This document shows positions 62,405-64,000 of a DNA stretch of 64,000 bases, one piece after another; position 1 is the first letter of the stretch, and every line of letters starts with the position of its first letter. A model generated the notes under the pieces. It worked only from the letters and a program-made list of their open reading frames with translations, was not told the DNA's origin and ran no database searches. The position numbers were made by a program, and so were the translations under genes. The DNA comes from Candidatus Shapirobacteria bacterium (lineage in GTDB: Bacteria; Patescibacteriota; Microgenomatia; UM-FILTER-40-11), in assembly GCA_020059745.1 (NCBI GenBank), contig JAGVBK010000004.1, positions 306,511 through 370,510 on the forward strand, read 5' to 3'.

Positions 62405-63844
62405 ATGTCAACACTTGACGAACTGCGCAAGCAAAGAATAGAAAAGCTCAAAAAAATCAGGGAACTGGGGATTGACCCTTATCCTGCAGTTTCCCGACGC
62501 GAACAAACAAACGCCGAAGCCCTGAAAATGCTTAGCGAAAAGGTTACTGTGGTTGGAAGGTTGCGGGCGCTTCGGGGGCATGGCGGTTCCTCTTTTGCTG
62601 ACCTGGTTGACCAAACAGGGCGTATTCAGCTTTTTTTCTCAAGGCAGGAGATAGGAGAAGAAAAGTATCAACTTCTTAAACTGCTTGATTTGGGTGATTT
62701 TATTGAAGTCAGCGGTGAGGTTTTTAATACACAAGCTGGAGAAACCACAGTTAAGGTAAAAGACCTCAGATTGCTTACAAAATCAATAAGACCGCTTCCG
62801 GAAAAATGGCACGGGCTTGTGGATACGGAAACGAGGCTCAGAAAAAGATATCTGGACCTTATTATGAATCCAGAGGTTAGGGAATTGTTTATTAAAAAAG
62901 CAAACTTTTGGCAGGCAGCTAGAAAGTTTCTGAAGGAAAAAGACTTTTTGGAAGTGGAGACACCGGTTTTGGAAGCTATTCCCGGCGGTGCCGATGCCCG
63001 GCCTTTTATTACTCACCACCATACTTTGGATATTGATCTTTATCTTAGAATTTCTCTGGAGCTTCACTTAAAAAGACTGATGGTGGGTGGTTATGACAAA
63101 GTTTTTGAGATTGGCAGAATTTTCAGGAACGAAGGGATAGATGCTGAGCACCTTCAGGATTATACCCAGCTTGAATTTTACTGGGGGTATGCGGACTATA
63201 ACAAGCTAATGGACTTTGTTGAAGAATTTTATAAATTTTTAGTAAAAGAAACTATGGGCAGCCTAAAAACCATGCGCCAGGGGCAGGAAATTGACTGGTC
63301 AGGCAAGTGGGACAGGGTTGATTATAGCGAAATTTTTAAAGAGAAAACCGGTCTTGATCCGCTTGGGGTTTCTTTAGAGGAACTTGAGAAAAAGGCAAAG
63401 GAATTAAAAATAAAATATGAGGAAAATATCGGCAAAGGTAGGCTGATAGATTTAATTTATAAAAAAATGGTTCGGCCTTCTTTGGTTAAACCTTGTTTTT
63501 TAATTAATCTGCCTGTTGAAATTTCTCCTTTGGCGAAAAGAATTCCTGAAAAACCAGAGCTTACCCAAAGGATATTGGTTATGGCTGGCGGTACAGAGCT
63601 TGGCAATGGATTTTCCGAGCTTAATGACCCGATTGATCAAAAAGAAAGGTTTATTGAGCAGCAAAAATTAAGGGAAGCCGGAGACGAAGAAGCACAAATG
63701 TATGACCGTGATTTTGTGGAAGCTTTGGAATATGGTATGCCGCCGACAGCAGGTTTTGGTATGAGCGAGCGTGTCTTTTCCTTTTTAGTGGACAAGCCGA
63801 TTAGGGAAACAGTTTTCTTCCCCACCATGAGAGGAAACGAATAA
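62405..63844 (+). CDS. lysS: Lysyl-tRNA synthetase, class II
   Basis: N-terminal OB anticodon-binding domain, motif 2 (…FRNEGIDAEHLQDYTQLEFY…), motif 3 (GFGMSERV). 479 aa. Confidence 0.9.
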   Translation: MSTLDELRKQRIEKLKKIRELGIDPYPAVSRREQTNAEALKMLSEKVTVVGRLRALRGHGGSSFADLVDQTGRIQLFFSRQEIGEEKYQLLKLLDLGDFIEVSGEVFNTQAGETTVKVKDLRLLTKSIRPLPEKWHGLVDTETRLRKRYLDLIMNPEVRELFIKKANFWQAARKFLKEKDFLEVETPVLEAIPGGADARPFITHHHTLDIDLYLRISLELHLKRLMVGGYDKVFEIGRIFRNEGIDAEHLQDYTQLEFYWGYADYNKLMDFVEEFYKFLVKETMGSLKTMRQGQEIDWSGKWDRVDYSEIFKEKTGLDPLGVSLEELEKKAKELKIKYEENIGKGRLIDLIYKKMVRPSLVKPCFLINLPVEISPLAKRIPEKPELTQRILVMAGGTELGNGFSELNDPIDQKERFIEQQKLREAGDEEAQMYDRDFVEALEYGMPPTAGFGMSERVFSFLVDKPIRETVFFPTMRGNE

Positions 63845-63846
63845 AA

Positions 63847-64000
63847 TGATAAAAAGAGAAGAAGCCTTAGAGCTTATTGAAAGCAAGGTTGAAAACAAAA
63901 ACATTATTAAGCACATGATTGCCACCGAGGCTTTAATGGCCGGTGTTTATGATGAACTTGAAAAAAGAAGCAGAACAAAAGAAGAATTGGGAGGGAGCCG
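63847..64000 (+). CDS. Partial ORF, 5' end only (possible HD-domain phosphohydrolase)
   Basis: Open frame from the ATG at 63847 to the window end (MIKREEALELIESKVENKNIIKHMIATEALMAG…). The H…A pattern is suggestive of an HD hydrolase N-terminus. Truncated by the window. Confidence 0.3.

Noticed and set aside
1-64000. CRISPR arrays / cas operon
   Set aside because: No regularly spaced direct repeats were seen anywhere. The Cas4-like gene at 19563-20330 has no adjacent cas1/cas2 or array and sits in an OLD/R-M context.

Overview
This 64 kb window is AT-rich and densely packed, with many overlapping or abutting genes. It reads like a small-genome bacterium, possibly from the candidate phyla radiation (Patescibacteria), though that is an inference only. 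The supporting features are an archaeal-type AspRS ending in ...FPRD, a short HD-synthetase-TGS Rel lacking a C-terminal ACT domain, non-encoded CCA on one tRNA, and many small secreted or membrane hypotheticals.

Conserved housekeeping genes flank both sides. On the left are secD (partial), secF, cca, recJ, rel, aspS, a D-Ala-D-Ala carboxypeptidase, gltX and a Crp-like regulator. On the right are typA, a DEAD-box helicase, an RRM protein, a P-type ATPase, efp with epmA, an L,D-transpeptidase, lon, two GT39-like glycosyltransferases, greA and lysS.

Between tRNA-Gln (11621-11694) and typA lies a ~16 kb accessory island with no recognisable integrase. Its core is a six-gene, co-directional operon at 13170-20709 in which adjacent genes are separated by only 3-6 bp or overlap. 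In order these are a Type III mod, a 213-aa membrane ORF, a Type III res, an OLD-family ATPase-Toprim nuclease, a Cas4-like 4-Cys PD-(D/E)xK nuclease, and a 133-aa unknown protein. The OLD + Cas4-like + small protein module fused onto a Type III R-M system is the best candidate here for an undescribed defence system.

Other notable points:
- An HEPN-like Rx4H protein sits divergent from that operon.
- Downstream is an enzyme cluster: HDAC-like deacetylase, an NDT-like Rossmann domain fused to an RHH domain, a Gfo/Idh/MocA oxidoreductase, a ThDP enzyme, a dTMP-kinase-like protein, an unknown ORF and an alpha/beta hydrolase.
- A second compact operon at 57637-61479 encodes a Nudix-nucleotidyltransferase fusion, an APH-like kinase, a P-loop kinase and an unknown protein.
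- Single genes of interest are a lysyl-oxidase-like secreted protein, a T4 endonuclease V (DenV)-like glycosylase, a staphylococcal nuclease with an Excalibur domain, and a CsoR-type metal operon.
- Two paralogous cell-surface repeat proteins are separated by a strong hairpin.
- A degenerate tRNA-like element lies next to tRNA-Glu.
- There are consensus sigma70-like promoters.
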